From: Candidatus Bipolaricaulota bacterium
GTDB lineage: Bacteria > Patescibacteriota > Patescibacteriia > UBA11705 > DATKZF01
DNA length: 64,000 nucleotides
Reading direction: 5' to 3'
Assembly (NCBI GenBank): GCA_035528115.1
Contig: DATKZF010000003.1
Location: 292,651-356,650, forward strand
This document shows positions 62,638-64,000 of this stretch, piece by piece (positions within the stretch are counted from its first letter, which is position 1; every line of letters starts with the position of its first letter). The position numbers and the translations under genes were made by a program. Under the pieces are notes generated by a model. The model searched no databases and was not told where the DNA came from. It saw only the letters and a list, made by a program, of their open reading frames with translations.

Positions 62638-63141
62638 ATGACAATGGAAAAAAAAATCGCGAAGATATTCAATCTCACCGATGAAAATTGGATGAAGCAC
62701 GCCAATCCATGGAGCGTCTGGACTCGATATTCGGTCTTGCCGATCATTGTCTTGGCTTTTTGGAGCAGGCTTTGGATCGGCCGGTGGTGCCTTATCCCTG
62801 CATTGATTTCTCTGGGCTGGATGTTTTTCAATCCGATATTTTTTCCAAAACCCAAGTCAACGAATAATTGGGCGTCAAAATCCGTTTTGGGCGAGCGCGT
62901 TTATTTGAATCGGGACAAGATAGCGATTCCAAAGCATCATAAATCTTTGCCAAAAATATTGAACGCGATTTCATTTTCCGGAATAATTTTGTCCGTTTGG
63001 GGAATCGTCGCGCTGTCCATCTGGCCGGCAATATTGGGCGTGACTTTGGCTTACTTGGGAAAAAGCTGGTATTTGGACAGAATGGTTTGGTTGTATGAAG
63101 ACATGAAAGAGCGGCCGGAATACAAAGCATGGATGTATTGA
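62638..63141 (+). CDS. Hypothetical membrane protein (167 aa)
   Basis: Start at MTMEKK after the tRNA; about four TM helices. The ORF-track N-terminal extension spans the tRNA. Confidence 0.5.
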   Translation: MTMEKKIAKIFNLTDENWMKHANPWSVWTRYSVLPIIVLAFWSRLWIGRWCLIPALISLGWMFFNPIFFPKPKSTNNWASKSVLGERVYLNRDKIAIPKHHKSLPKILNAISFSGIILSVWGIVALSIWPAILGVTLAYLGKSWYLDRMVWLYEDMKERPEYKAWMY

Positions 63142-63172
63142 TAAACAATTACGAAAATATTACTTTAAATGA

Positions 63173-63198
63173 TTCGCCGCTATCGGCGGTTTTTTATT
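63173..63198 (+). terminator. Intrinsic terminator
   Basis: cgccgctatcggcgg followed by TTTTTT. Confidence 0.7.
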
Positions 63199-63298
63199 GG
63201 ACGGCAAACCGCGCTTTTGATAAAATGAGTGTATCACCAAATTCTTTTCGGAAAAACAAAAAAAACTTCAAATAAAAACTAAAAATCAAAACGCCTTT

Positions 63299-63952
63299 AT
63301 GAAACAGCGGGGCACAAAATTAAAACATTACTTTTTAAAAGACATAAATCCGACCATTCGATTTTTGATAATGTCAGACACCGTTCTGGTGGGCGCGGCC
63401 GGACTTTTGGGCCCGATCTTCGCGCTGTTTATTGAAGGCTTCATTGATGGCGGCAACGCGGCGGTCGCGGGCGTGGCCGCGGGCATTTATCTTTTCACCA
63501 AAAGCGTTTTGCAAATTCCCATCGCGCATTTTATTGATAAAATAAGAGGAGAAAAAGACGACTTCTGGTTCATGTTCATTTTCACCATGCTGATCGCTTT
63601 CATCCCGCTTTTATATCTGGTTATTTCCACGCCTTTACAACTTTATCTCGTGCAATTTCTGCTCGGCTTCTTCACGGCCTTCACTTTTCCGACTTACATG
63701 GCTATTTTCACCCGACATGTCGATAAATCAAAAGAAGGCACGGAATGGGGCGTTTATTTCACGCTGACCGACCTAACCAGCGCCGCGCTGGCCACCATCG
63801 GCGGTTATGTGGCGGCCACGCAAGGCTTTCCCACTTTGATTATCACCGTCGTCGCGATATCGTTTCTCGGCTCCTTGCTCCTCTGGCCGATTAAGCCGTA
63901 TATCAGGCTGGCCAGAAAAAATAGGAGGAAGACTCGGCAAGCGCGAGCTTAA
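63299..63952 (+). CDS. Membrane transporter-like protein (MFS half-size-like)
   Basis: Six predicted TM helices, basic C-terminus. Confidence 0.45.
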   Translation: MKQRGTKLKHYFLKDINPTIRFLIMSDTVLVGAAGLLGPIFALFIEGFIDGGNAAVAGVAAGIYLFTKSVLQIPIAHFIDKIRGEKDDFWFMFIFTMLIAFIPLLYLVISTPLQLYLVQFLLGFFTAFTFPTYMAIFTRHVDKSKEGTEWGVYFTLTDLTSAALATIGGYVAATQGFPTLIITVVAISFLGSLLLWPIKPYIRLARKNRRKTRQARA

Positions 63953-64000
63953 ATCAAAAGCAACAGCAAACCGGCATTATAATATCAATTGCCGGTTTTA

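Noticed and set aside
62408-62641. ORF MFHVSCFMFHVSC...
   Set aside because: Translation of the (TTTCATG)n microsatellite running through tRNA-Ser; not a gene.

Overview
This window is a small-genome, low/moderate-GC bacterial chromosome segment, probably Candidate Phyla Radiation (Patescibacteria)-like. Evidence for that placement: a divergent 16S 515F site, many GT-C-fold membrane glycosyltransferase-like proteins, a VirB2-type pilin array, and compact operons with canonical sigma70 promoters and intrinsic terminators.

Core content:
- Housekeeping genes: HrpA-like helicase, PolA, HolA, SMC, PBP1A, RuvC, YebC, RmuC, rpsT, GalU and NUDIX. The rpsP–KH–trmD operon is also present.
- A fragmented rRNA locus: 23S–5S lie on the minus strand at 11.0–14.2 kb, and 16S on the plus strand at 30.7–32.2 kb.
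- Ten tRNAs.

Unusual features:
- Five sharply bounded GC-rich (~55–65% GC) one- or two-gene cassettes sit in the ~40% GC background. Each has its own host-style promoter, RBS and terminator. Most lie next to tRNA genes or inside a conserved ribosomal operon.
- Six tandem VirB2/TrbC-like pilin paralogs form a minus-strand array, one with Cys-rich extensions.
- A RiPP-like locus combines a radical SAM/SPASM gene interrupted by an in-frame TAG, an HExxH protein, and a Cys-rich small ORF.
- An ATP-grasp amidoligase cluster sits with a PKD-7TM protein.
- Several dispersed repeat families occur: a ~100-nt tRNA 3'-trailer element, GC-rich nested palindromes, a TTGTAATTCGTAACA repeat family, and a ~70-nt palindromic element.
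- A (TTTCATG)14 microsatellite lies in a tRNA-Ser leader.
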